Part shown: piece after piece, positions 1 through 7,396 of the stretch
Position numbering within the stretch: the first letter of the stretch is position 1
Layout of the letters: every line of letters begins with the position of its first letter
From: Acidimicrobiales bacterium
GTDB taxonomy: Bacteria; Actinomycetota; Acidimicrobiia; Acidimicrobiales; AC-14
Assembly: GCA_036259055.1 (NCBI GenBank)
Contig: DATACM010000356.1
Span: forward strand, 1 to 48,014
DNA length: 48,014 nt
Direction of reading: 5' to 3'
Program-made: the position numbers and the translations under genes
The notes under the pieces: model-generated
The model's input: the letters and a program-made list of their open reading frames with translations, nothing else
What the model was told of the DNA's origin: nothing
Databases searched by the model: none

Positions 1-1
1 C

Positions 2-286
2 GTGGACAGGAGACTGGTGTGGAAGGTCGTCGGCGGAGTGAGCGGCGTGGCCGCCGGGGCGGTGACCCGCCTCGCCCTGCGGAAGGGGTGGCGGAGGGTC
101 AAGGGCTCCGACCCTCCCGCCAACCCGGCCGCTCCGGGCACTGGCTGGTCCGAAGCGCTGGGGTGGGCGGCGGCCTCGGGGGTGGCCATGGCGGTCGCCC
201 GGCTGGTGGCGCAGCGAGGGGCCGCCGGCGCCTGGAAGGCACGCACCGGCAGCTACCCCGAGGGCCTCGAGACAGTGACGCCCTAG
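2..286 (+). CDS. DUF4235-like small protein (may be 5'-truncated by window edge)
   Basis: 94-codon ORF opening with GTG at 2. It has a Gly/Ala-rich amphipathic N-part, a 'KGSDPPANP' linker and a C-terminal 'GVAMAVARLVAQRGAAGAWKARTGSYP', which fit my recollection of the actinobacterial DUF4235 family. Strong GC3 bias. Confidence 0.6.
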   Translation: MDRRLVWKVVGGVSGVAAGAVTRLALRKGWRRVKGSDPPANPAAPGTGWSEALGWAAASGVAMAVARLVAQRGAAGAWKARTGSYPEGLETVTP

Positions 287-468
287 TTGAGGGAACGGCG
301 GCGCCGGGCGGCCTGGTCGGGCGTCGCGGTCGGGCGGTGGCGTAGCGCCGAGGCGGCGAGGTACAGGTGGTCCAGGGCCGTCTCCAGGGGCTCGTCGTGG
401 GTCGACCCGCCGGGCCCACCGACCAGGGCGTCGAGGACGTCGACCGCGCTCTCGACGTGCTCGAGCAC
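283..468 (-). CDS. hypothetical small acidic protein (start uncertain: GTG 468 or in-frame CTG 543)
   Basis: 61-codon ORF with clean GC3 codon bias. It is convergent with the DUF4235-like gene and overlaps its stop. No recognisable domain. Confidence 0.35.
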   Translation of the reverse strand: MLEHVESAVDVLDALVGGPGGSTHDEPLETALDHLYLAASALRHRPTATPDQAARRRRSLN

Positions 469-882
469 GTACGCCGTCAGCGCCGCCGGGTCGTCGGTGA
501 CCTCGTCGGGGTCGCTCTCGGTGGGGTGCTGGGAAGCGAGCAGGGGAACCTCTCAACTGCAGCGTTGAAGGCGGGCGGTCGCCTGGTTTCAGCTTCCTGC
601 CCTTCTTCGGCACGATCGTAGCTGAGGATGAGTAAGTACCGGCTCCCGCCGGAGGTGGATGGGAATAGCCCGCCGGACGTCGTAGGGTGTGCGCGAGGAG
701 CAGCCGGGGCGTCGGGGATCCCCCAGCCTCCCACGCCCCGCTGCTCCTCTCCGACCACCCTCACCCGCAATCCCCTCCCGGCGCCGCTGCGTACAGACAG
801 TCGGGTGTCCGTCGGGCCGGTGGCGGCTGGGGGACGAGCCCGGCGGACGCCCGAGTACGGCGGCCGCATTCACGACCACCTC

Positions 883-908
883 GGCGAACTGTTCGGCCCG
901 GTGGTCGC
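883..908. repeat. 26-nt intergenic repeat, copy 1 (copy 2 at 21580-21606)
   Basis: GGCGAACTGTTCGGCCCGGTGGTCGC here versus GGCGAACTGTTCGGCCAGGTGGCTCGC at 21580-21606. The first 16 nt are identical, followed by one substitution and one 1-nt indel. Confidence 0.7.
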
Positions 909-935
909 TATGGAGCCACCTGGACGAACAGTTCG
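885..935. promoter_or_regulatory. 51-nt palindromic module, copy 1 (paired operator or structured RNA/REP-like element)
   Basis: CGAACTGTTCG (885-895) and CGAACAGTTCG (925-935) are each odd palindromes and are reverse complements of each other, with centres 40 bp apart. An inner GTGG (901-904) / CCAC (916-919) pair is present. Geometry is identical to 13422-13472. The module lies 14 nt 3' of the minus-strand ORF ending at 949 and about 340 nt upstream of lon. Confidence 0.5.
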
Positions 936-948
936 GTCGAGGGCACCC

Positions 949-1164
949 TCAGTGCCGCCGTCTCGGCGGCGCCGGAGCGAGGTGGCGGCCGTCGAGCAGG
1001 TTGAGCTCGACGCCGTTGTCGAAGGCGACCCGGTAGCGGGTCCACGACAGCCCGGTGACCATCACCACCGTGCCGGGCGTGCCCTTGGGGACCCCGGGGA
1101 GGTCGTCGGCGGCCTCGACCCGGTCGTCCTCCCCGTAGGTGCGCCCCGCCGCCTCCTCGGCCAT
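949..1164 (-). CDS. hypothetical small protein (alternative GTG start at 1224)
   Basis: The ORF frame has strong GC3 bias. The 'VPKGTPGTVVMVTGLSWTRYRVAFDNGVELNLLDGRHL' segment looks like a real beta-rich domain. The ATG at 1164 gives 71 aa. No family recognised. Confidence 0.45.
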   Translation of the reverse strand: MAEEAAGRTYGEDDRVEAADDLPGVPKGTPGTVVMVTGLSWTRYRVAFDNGVELNLLDGRHLAPAPPRRRH

Positions 1165-1221
1165 CGAGGCGAGAGTCTGCCAACCGGCGGCGGCCCGGCG
1201 CCACGGCCGGCCCGCGGGGAA

Positions 1222-1247
1222 CACCGGGCCGGGCCGCAGTGTTTTTT
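1222..1247 (+). terminator. imperfect GC hairpin followed by T6 in the lon leader (attenuator or terminator-like)
   Basis: CACCGGGCCGGGCCGCAGTG (CAC/GTG and GG/CC pairs with bulges) is followed directly by TTTTTT (1242-1247). A T6 run is conspicuous in this GC-rich DNA. It lies 29 nt before the lon ATG. Confidence 0.3.
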
Positions 1248-1275
1248 CAATGCCGACGTTTCGTTAGGAGCCCGA

Positions 1276-3636
1276 ATGACCGATCTGGACACTTCGATCC
1301 TGCCCTGCCTGCCCCTGTCCACGGGCGTGGTCACGCCCGGGATGGTCGTCACCATGGCCCTCGAGACCGACGAGGCCAGGGTGGCCATCGAGGCGGCAGA
1401 GGCCGCCAACGGCCGGCTGCTGCTCGTCCCCCGCATCGAGGACCGCTACGCCCGCGTCGGCACGATCGGCAAGATCGAGGACAGTGGCGAGCTGCCGGGC
1501 GGCACCCGGGCGGTCGTCATCCGCGGCCTGGCCCGTGCCGTCATCGGCGCCGGCGTGCCCGGCACCGGTGCCGCCCTGTGGGTGCAGGTGGACCCGGTGG
1601 AGGAGCCGCCCGCCACCCCGCGCGCCCACGAGCTGGCCCGCGAGTACCGGGCGGTGGTCGAGAACATCCTCGAGCAGCGCGGCGCCCGCCCCATCGCCGA
1701 GGCCCTGCGGGGGATCAACGACCCGAGCGCGGTGGCCGACACCGCCGGCTACTCCCCCGACCTGAGCCTCGAGCAGAAGATCGAGCTGCTGGAGACCATC
1801 GACGTCGAGCAGCGCCTCGAGCGGGTGCTGGGCTGGGCGCGCGACGTGCTGGCCGACCTCACCCTGAAGGAGCGGATCCGCCAGGACGTGTCCGAGGGGA
1901 TGGAGAAGACCCAGCGCGAGTTCCTGCTGCGCCAGCAGCTCGCCGCCATCCGCAAGGAGCTGGGCGAGGGTGCGGACGGCGAGAGCGTGGTCGAGGAGTA
2001 CCGCCGCAAGCTCGACGAGGCCGGTCTGCCCGAGGCGGCCCGGGCGGCCGTCGAGCGCGAGATCGACCGTCTCGAGCGTACGAACGAGCAGAGCCCCGAG
2101 CACGGCTGGATCCGCACCTGGCTCGACACGGTGTTCGAGGTGCCGTGGGCCAAGAGGTCCGAAGACCACCTCGACGTGGCCGACGCCCGGGCCATCCTCG
2201 ACGCCGACCACAACGGGCTCGACGACGTCAAGGACCGCATCATCGAGTACCTGGCGGTGCGCAAGCTGCGGGCCGACCGAGGCCTGGCTCCCACCGGCGG
2301 CCGGGGCTCGGGCGCCATCATCGCCCTGGTGGGGCCTCCGGGCGTGGGCAAGACGTCGCTGGGCGAGTCGGTGGCCCGCGCCCTCGGGCGGTCGTTCGCC
2401 CGGGTGTCACTCGGCGGCGTGCGCGACGAGGCGGAGATCCGCGGCCACCGTCGCACCTACGTCGGCGCCCAGCCCGGGCGCATCGTCCGGGCCCTGCGGG
2501 AGGCGGGCACCATGAACCCCGTCTTCATGCTCGACGAGGTCGACAAGCTGGGCAGCGACTGGCGCGGCGACCCCTCGTCGGCCCTCCTGGAGGTGCTCGA
2601 CCCGGCGCAGAACCACACCTTCCGCGACCACTACCTCGAGGTCGACCTAGACCTGTCCGACGTGCTCTTCATCGCCACCGCCAACGTGGCCGACACCATC
2701 CCCGCGCCGCTGCTCGACCGCATGGAGGTCATCCCCCTCGACGGGTACACGGAGGACGAGAAGGTGGCGATCGCCACCGACCACCTCCTCGCCCGCCAGC
2801 TGGAGCGCAACGGTCTGAGCGCCGACGAGGCGACCGTCACCGAGGCGGCCCTGCGGAGGATCGTCGCCGACTACACCCGCGAGGCGGGCGTACGGAACCT
2901 GGAGCGGGAGCTGGGCAAGGTGCTGCGCAAGGTGGCGACCCGTCTGGCCGCCGGGGAGGTGACCGCACCGGTGACCGTCGACGCCGACGACGTGCGCACC
3001 TACCTGGGCCGGCCCCGGTTCTTCTTCGAGGCGGCCGACCGCACGGCCGTCCCCGGCGTGGCGACCGGCCTGGCCGTCACCGGGGTGGGCGGCGACGTCC
3101 TGTTCATCGAGGCCACCGCCCTGCCCGGGCCGACGGGCGACGGCACCCAGGGCTCGCTGACCCTCACCGGGCAGCTGGGCGACGTCATGAAGGAGTCGGC
3201 CGAGATCGCCCTGTCCTACGTCCGCTCGCACGCCGCCGACCTGGGCCTGGCCGAGGACGCCGTCCGCGGCTCGCGGTTCCACGTCCACGTCCCCGCCGGA
3301 GCGGTCCCCAAGGACGGCCCGTCGGCGGGCGTGACGATGGTCTCCGCCCTGGCCAGCCTGCTGTCGGGGCGTCCGGTGCGGTCGACGGTCGGGATGACCG
3401 GTGAGGTCACCCTGCAGGGACGTGTGCTCCCCATCGGAGGCGTGAAGCAGAAGGTGCTGGCCGCCCACCGGGCCGGTCTGCGGGAGGTCATCCTGCCCGC
3501 CCGCAACGGAGCCGACCTCGACGACGTGCCCGAGGCGGTGCGGGAGACGGTCGCCTTCCACCTGGTGGAGGACGTCCGCCAGGTGCTCGACCTGGCCCTC
3601 GAGCCGGCGGCCGCGGAGGTTCCGGCCGCCGCCTGA
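1276..3636 (+). CDS. lon: ATP-dependent Lon protease
   Basis: ATG 1276 is preceded by AGGAG (1266-1270). The protein has a Lon N-domain, AAA+ Walker A 'GPPGVGKTS', Walker B 'VFMLDEVDK' and the protease motif 'PKDGPSAGV'. Track ORF 628..3636 is the same frame with an unsupported 216-codon extension. Confidence 0.95.
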   Translation: MTDLDTSILPCLPLSTGVVTPGMVVTMALETDEARVAIEAAEAANGRLLLVPRIEDRYARVGTIGKIEDSGELPGGTRAVVIRGLARAVIGAGVPGTGAALWVQVDPVEEPPATPRAHELAREYRAVVENILEQRGARPIAEALRGINDPSAVADTAGYSPDLSLEQKIELLETIDVEQRLERVLGWARDVLADLTLKERIRQDVSEGMEKTQREFLLRQQLAAIRKELGEGADGESVVEEYRRKLDEAGLPEAARAAVEREIDRLERTNEQSPEHGWIRTWLDTVFEVPWAKRSEDHLDVADARAILDADHNGLDDVKDRIIEYLAVRKLRADRGLAPTGGRGSGAIIALVGPPGVGKTSLGESVARALGRSFARVSLGGVRDEAEIRGHRRTYVGAQPGRIVRALREAGTMNPVFMLDEVDKLGSDWRGDPSSALLEVLDPAQNHTFRDHYLEVDLDLSDVLFIATANVADTIPAPLLDRMEVIPLDGYTEDEKVAIATDHLLARQLERNGLSADEATVTEAALRRIVADYTREAGVRNLERELGKVLRKVATRLAAGEVTAPVTVDADDVRTYLGRPRFFFEAADRTAVPGVATGLAVTGVGGDVLFIEATALPGPTGDGTQGSLTLTGQLGDVMKESAEIALSYVRSHAADLGLAEDAVRGSRFHVHVPAGAVPKDGPSAGVTMVSALASLLSGRPVRSTVGMTGEVTLQGRVLPIGGVKQKVLAAHRAGLREVILPARNGADLDDVPEAVRETVAFHLVEDVRQVLDLALEPAAAEVPAAA

Positions 3637-3655
3637 CCGGCCAACCGCGGCCGGT
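3636..3655. terminator. candidate bidirectional terminator hairpin between convergent lon and tetR-family gene
   Basis: ACCGGCC-aaccgc-GGCCGGT gives a 7-bp stem and 6-nt loop, starting at the last base of the lon stop codon. There is no U-tract. Confidence 0.35.
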
Positions 3656-3662
3656 GGGTCGT

Positions 3663-4241
3663 TCAATGCTGGCGCGCCGCCAGCAGGAGGGACGCGAACT
3701 GGCCGGCCATGGCCTCGAGGGCGGGCCCGTCGGGGTCGACGGTGACCTGGAGGGCGAGCCCGTTGGCGACGGCGACGAGCAGCGCCGACATCGCGTCCGG
3801 GTCGACCCACGGGCCGAGCTCCCCCCGGCCCTGCAGCTCGCCCATCTGGGCGGCCAGCAGACCCCGCAGCTCGGCGAAGAGGCCGGCGACGCCGGCGTGG
3901 AGCGGTGGCATGCGGGGCGCCTCCACCAGGGCCTGGAGGAACGCCGGGGCCTGCTCCCGGTGAGCCTCGAAGGTCTCCACGAGGAGCTGGACGGCGGCCA
4001 GGGCGCGCGCTGACGGATCGCCGCCGCCCTGGAGCACGGCGAGGGTGGGAGCCAGCCAGCTGCGAAGCGCCTCGAGCAGCGCCTCCCCCACCAGCCGTTC
4101 CTTCGAGCCGAAGTGGTAGGTGATGGCGGCGAGGTTGGCGCCCGCCTCGGCGGTGATGTCCCGGGACGTGGTGGCGGCGAGGCCCTTGGTGGCGATGCAC
4201 GTCCGGGTTGCGTCCACGAGCCGAGCCCTGGTATCAGTCAT
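3663..4241 (-). CDS. TetR family transcriptional regulator
   Basis: ATG at 4241. 'MTDTRARLVDATRTCIATKGLAATTSRDITAEAGANLAAITYHFGSKE' is a typical TetR N-terminal HTH. The upstream part of track ORF 3663..4577 is P/R/A-rich and unsupported. Confidence 0.9.
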   Translation of the reverse strand: MTDTRARLVDATRTCIATKGLAATTSRDITAEAGANLAAITYHFGSKERLVGEALLEALRSWLAPTLAVLQGGGDPSARALAAVQLLVETFEAHREQAPAFLQALVEAPRMPPLHAGVAGLFAELRGLLAAQMGELQGRGELGPWVDPDAMSALLVAVANGLALQVTVDPDGPALEAMAGQFASLLLAARQH

Positions 4242-4248
4242 ACGTATG
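4239..4248. promoter_or_regulatory. 10-nt palindrome CATACGTATG containing both divergent start codons
   Basis: CAT (the tetR start on the minus strand, 4239-4241) and ATG (the membrane gene start, 4246-4248) sit in one perfect palindrome, inside a locally AT-rich patch (tcagtcatacgtatgtatgatagg). Confidence 0.4.
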
Positions 4249-4842
4249 TATGATAGGCCGTCCGAGAGGGTGGACGGGGCCCGCCTCGGGCTCGCCGGCT
4301 CGCGGCGGTTCGTCGCGATCGTCGGGGCGCTGGTGGTGGCCGGCGGCGGAGCCCTGGGGTGGCTGCGCTTCGCCGGCTCCGACCCACCGCTGCGGGGCCT
4401 GGAGGCGGCGGCGGGTGCGCTGGCGCTGGGAGCGGTCATGGCGGTGCCCGGTGTGCTCGCCCTCCTCAGCCTGGCCGACCGCCCCGCCCTCCTGCTGCCG
4501 GCGGGCGTCCTTCTTGTCCCGCTCAGCTTCGTCTCGTTCGCCGGCGTCACCCTGCCCCTGCTCGTCCCGGCGGTCATGTTGCTCGTCGCCTACGGGCGGC
4601 GGTCGGTCGGGTGCCGCCGCGCCTATGCGGGCCAGGCGGGGGTCTGCACGGTGGTCGTGCTCGTCCTGGTCGTCGTGGCCTTCGTCGCCCTCTTCGCCCA
4701 CGACGACCCCCGGTCGTGGTCGACCGCCACCGGAGGCGGTTCCACGAGCGACGTCATCACGGTTGCCGAGTCGGCGGTCTCGCTCGCGCTCTCCGCCGCC
4801 GCGGTGGGCTCCGGGTGGTTCCTCGCCCGTCCCTACAGGTAG
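4246..4842 (+). CDS. integral membrane protein, unknown function (start uncertain)
   Basis: There are 4-5 hydrophobic helices (for example 'FVAIVGALVVAGGGALGWL' and 'VCTVVVLVLVVVAFVALFA'). It is divergent from the TetR gene. ATG 4246 is the first plausible start in the frame of track ORF 4120..4842. Confidence 0.6.
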   Translation: MYDRPSERVDGARLGLAGSRRFVAIVGALVVAGGGALGWLRFAGSDPPLRGLEAAAGALALGAVMAVPGVLALLSLADRPALLLPAGVLLVPLSFVSFAGVTLPLLVPAVMLLVAYGRRSVGCRRAYAGQAGVCTVVVLVLVVVAFVALFAHDDPRSWSTATGGGSTSDVITVAESAVSLALSAAAVGSGWFLARPYR

Positions 4843-5285
4843 GTGACGTCGTCGCCCTGGTCGTCGTCGACGACCAGAGCGCAGGTCGGGCACCACCACC
4901 TGGCTTCCAGCGGCGTGCCGCACGAGGTGTGGCCGAGGGCCTCGGCGCCGCCGCCCCGGCCCGCCCCCCACTGGGCCAGAAGGCGCAGGACACCGGCCAG
5001 CTCACGGCCGGAGGCAGTGAGCTCGTAGACGAACCGCGGTGGGCGCCGGGAGTAGGGCGTGGCCACGACCAGCCCCTCTCGCTCGAGGTGGCGCAGGCGC
5101 TGGCTCAGTATGTTGGGTGCCAACCCGGGCAGGCCGCTCAGGAGGTCGTTGAACCGCCCGGGACCGGCGAGGAGGGCGTTGACGACCAGCAACGTCCACC
5201 GGTCGCCCACCCGTGCGACCGCCTCCCCCAGCGGGGTGGCGTGCAGGCGCTCGGGCGCCCGGCCGGGATCGTCCATACCGAGCAT
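4833..5285 (-). CDS. HxlR family transcriptional regulator with Cys-rich C-terminal tail
   Basis: 'GDRWTLLVVNALLAGPGRFNDLLSGLPGLAPNILSQRLRHLEREGLVVATPYSRRPPRFVYELTASG' is a canonical HxlR winged helix. The tail is 'CGTPLEARWWCPTC'. The start is ATG 5285 (or 5276). Confidence 0.8.
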   Translation of the reverse strand: MLGMDDPGRAPERLHATPLGEAVARVGDRWTLLVVNALLAGPGRFNDLLSGLPGLAPNILSQRLRHLEREGLVVATPYSRRPPRFVYELTASGRELAGVLRLLAQWGAGRGGGAEALGHTSCGTPLEARWWCPTCALVVDDDQGDDVTYL

Positions 5286-5313
5286 TGGTGTTGCCCATCT
5301 CCGAGGTCGGTAG

Positions 5314-5334
5314 TAACTTGCAAGTGACAAGTTA
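5314..5334. promoter_or_regulatory. inverted repeat TAACTTG-N7-CAAGTTA (candidate HxlR operator)
   Basis: It lies in the AT-richer divergent region between the HxlR gene and the first HtrA-like gene. It overlaps a perfect 10-nt palindrome ACTTGCAAGT (5316-5325). Confidence 0.35.
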
Positions 5335-5362
5335 GTCCTCGTAGCGAAGGAGCGCACGGTCG

Positions 5363-6274
5363 ATGACACTGCTGGACGAGGTGCAGGCGGCGGTGGCGGC
5401 GGTGGCGGAACGAGTGGGACCGGCGGTCGTCGGAGTCGGACAGGGCTGGGGACTGGGGTCGGGGATCGTGGTCGGCGACGGCCTGGTCCTGACCAACGCC
5501 CACAACCTCCGGGGCGGTGAGGTCGCCGTCTCCTTCGGCGACGACCGGACCGAAAGGGGTCACGTGGCCGGGGTGGACGTCGACGGCGACCTGGCCGTCG
5601 TCTCGGTCGACACCACCGGCGTGACGCCGCTCGAGTGGGCCGACGGCGACCTGCCCGGCGTCGGCGGGGTGGTGTTCGCCGCCGCCAACCCCGGCGGGCG
5701 GGGGCTGCGGGTCACGGTCGGGCTGGTCTCGGCCGTCGGCCGGGCGTTCCGCGGACCGCGGGGGCGGCGGGTCACCGGCTCGCTCGAGCACACCGCGCCG
5801 CTGGTGCGGGGCTCGTCGGGCGGGCCCATCGTCGACCGGGAGGGCCGCCTCCTCGGCATCAACACCAACCGGTTGGGCGAGGGCTTCTACGCCGCCATCC
5901 CCGCCGACGCTCAGCTGCGCGCCCGGTTCGAGGCGCTGGCCCGGGGTGAGTCGGCTTCCCGCCGCCACCTCGGCGTCGGCCTGGTGCCCGGCCGGGCCGC
6001 CCGCCACCTCCGCCGGTCGGTGGGCCTGCCCGATCGCGACGGCGTGCTGGTGCGGGAGGTGCAGGAGGACTCTCCCGCCGCCCGAGCCGGCATCCGCCGG
6101 GGCGACCTGATCGTGGAAGCCGCGGGGCGGGCGGTCACGGGGATCGACGATCTGTACACCGCCCTCGACGGGCTCGACGACGGCCAGTCCCTGGCCCTGG
6201 GCATCGTCCGGGGCGCCGAGGAGCTGTCGCTGAGCGTGACCTTCGGCGACACCCGAGAGGAAGGATCGGTCTGA
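5363..6274 (+). CDS. trypsin-like (HtrA/S1C-type) serine protease with PDZ domain, no signal peptide
   Basis: Catalytic triad context 'TNAHNL', 'DGDLAVV' and 'GSSGGPIV'. The C-terminal PDZ-like segment is 'LGVGLVP...GIRRGDLIVEAAG'. RBS GAAGGAG lies upstream. Confidence 0.85.
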   Translation: MTLLDEVQAAVAAVAERVGPAVVGVGQGWGLGSGIVVGDGLVLTNAHNLRGGEVAVSFGDDRTERGHVAGVDVDGDLAVVSVDTTGVTPLEWADGDLPGVGGVVFAAANPGGRGLRVTVGLVSAVGRAFRGPRGRRVTGSLEHTAPLVRGSSGGPIVDREGRLLGINTNRLGEGFYAAIPADAQLRARFEALARGESASRRHLGVGLVPGRAARHLRRSVGLPDRDGVLVREVQEDSPAARAGIRRGDLIVEAAGRAVTGIDDLYTALDGLDDGQSLALGIVRGAEELSLSVTFGDTREEGSV

Positions 6275-6276
6275 CC

Positions 6277-7281
6277 ATGACCGGCGCCACCGTCGACGGC
6301 CGGCTGCCGCCGCCCCCGGCGCCCGACCAGCCGGAGCAGCCGCTCGACGCCTACTCCCGCGTCGTGACCAGCGTGGCCAAGGCGCTCCTGCCCTCGGTGG
6401 CCAGCCTCCGGGTGATGACACCCGTGCCGGGCGGGCGCCGGCCCCGCGGCGCAGGGTCGGGGGTGGTGGTCACGCCCGACGGGTTCCTGCTCACCTCGGC
6501 CCACGTCGTCGACCGCTCGACCGGGGGGGTGGCCACCTTCGCCGACGGGCGGGAGGTCGACTTCGAGGTGGTGGGCAGCGACCCCCTGTCCGACCTGGCG
6601 GTCATCCGAGCGGCCGGCGCCGATGCCCCGGCGGCGACGCTCGGCGACGCCGACGGGCTCCAGGTCGGGCAGCTGGTGGTCGCCATCGGCAACCCCCTGG
6701 GGTTCGCCGGCTCGGTGAGCGCCGGCGTGGTGAGCGCCCTGGGCCGGTCCTTCGCGGCGGGCGCCGGCCGCAGCGGCCGCCTGGTGGAGAACGTCATCCA
6801 GACCGACGCCGCCCTCCACCCCGGCAACTCGGGCGGTGCCCTGGCCGACGGCACCGGGCGAGTGGTGGGCGTCAACACCGCCGTGGTCGGCCCCGGCATC
6901 GGCCAGGGCCTCGGGCTGGCGGTGCCCGTCAACGCCACCACCCGGGGGATCGTCGCCGCCCTCATGCAGGAGGGCCGCGTGCGGCGGGCCTACCTGGGCA
7001 TCGCCGGCGGCTCCCGCCCGCTGCCTCCCAGGGCGGCGCGGGCCACCGGGCGGGAGCGGGGGATCGAGGTCCTGACGGTCGTCGCCGGCAGCCCGGCCGC
7101 CGCCGCCGGCCTGCGCCCCGAGGACCTCATCCTCGAGGTCGACGGAATCGGCGTCGCCGACGTGGGCGACCTCCAGCGCCTGATGACCAGCGACCGCATC
7201 GGCCGCCCGGTCACCGTCACCGTCTTCCGGCGGGGTCGGGTGGAGAACGTGGAAGCGCGGCCCACCGAGCTGGCCTCCTGA
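6277..7281 (+). CDS. trypsin-like (HtrA/S1C-type) serine protease with PDZ domain, paralogue 2
   Basis: 'TSAHVV', 'SDLAVI' and 'GNSGGALAD', with PDZ 'YLGIAG...GLRPEDLILEVDG'. It starts 2 nt after the stop of the preceding gene. Confidence 0.85.
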   Translation: MTGATVDGRLPPPPAPDQPEQPLDAYSRVVTSVAKALLPSVASLRVMTPVPGGRRPRGAGSGVVVTPDGFLLTSAHVVDRSTGGVATFADGREVDFEVVGSDPLSDLAVIRAAGADAPAATLGDADGLQVGQLVVAIGNPLGFAGSVSAGVVSALGRSFAAGAGRSGRLVENVIQTDAALHPGNSGGALADGTGRVVGVNTAVVGPGIGQGLGLAVPVNATTRGIVAALMQEGRVRRAYLGIAGGSRPLPPRAARATGRERGIEVLTVVAGSPAAAAGLRPEDLILEVDGIGVADVGDLQRLMTSDRIGRPVTVTVFRRGRVENVEARPTELAS

Positions 7282-7396
7282 GCAAACCGCGAACTGGCGG
7301 TGGTTGTGCAGCGATTCCGCTACATATCCACCGCCGGTCCGAGGGGTTCGCGTCGCCGGGGACCCCGACGTCGTGCCAGCCGGCGGAGCCGCCCGC

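Noticed and set aside
700-790. C-rich tract (ggggatcccccagcctcccacgccccgc...tcccctccc) as a possible 6C-type small RNA
   Set aside because: I could not fold it into the two C-loop hairpins that define 6C RNA. GGGGATCCCC is only a loopless palindrome, and no conserved flanking context was recognised.
885-935. LexA (Cheo/SOS box) interpretation of the CGAAC...GTTCG palindromes
   Set aside because: The half-sites match Gram-positive/actinobacterial LexA half-sites (CGAAC / GTTCG). However, the canonical box has a 4-nt spacer and these have a 1-nt spacer, and copy 2 uses CGATC/GATCG. They are therefore not called as SOS boxes, although a divergent LexA-like regulator cannot be excluded.
628-1275. 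216-codon N-terminal extension of the Lon ORF (track ORF 628..3636, 1002 aa)
   Set aside because: The extension is Pro/Arg/Ser-rich with no domain signal. It overlaps a better minus-strand ORF (949..1164). The Lon N-domain begins right after ATG 1276, which has an AGGAG RBS.
1239-4200. Very long Arg/Pro/Gly-rich ORFs (1239..3404 +, 721 aa; 2647..4200 -, 517 aa; 1264..2211 -; 1749..2456 -)
   Set aside because: These are alternative or antisense frames of lon in very high-GC DNA. Their composition (poly R/P/G/A) and lack of any motif mark them as shadow ORFs.
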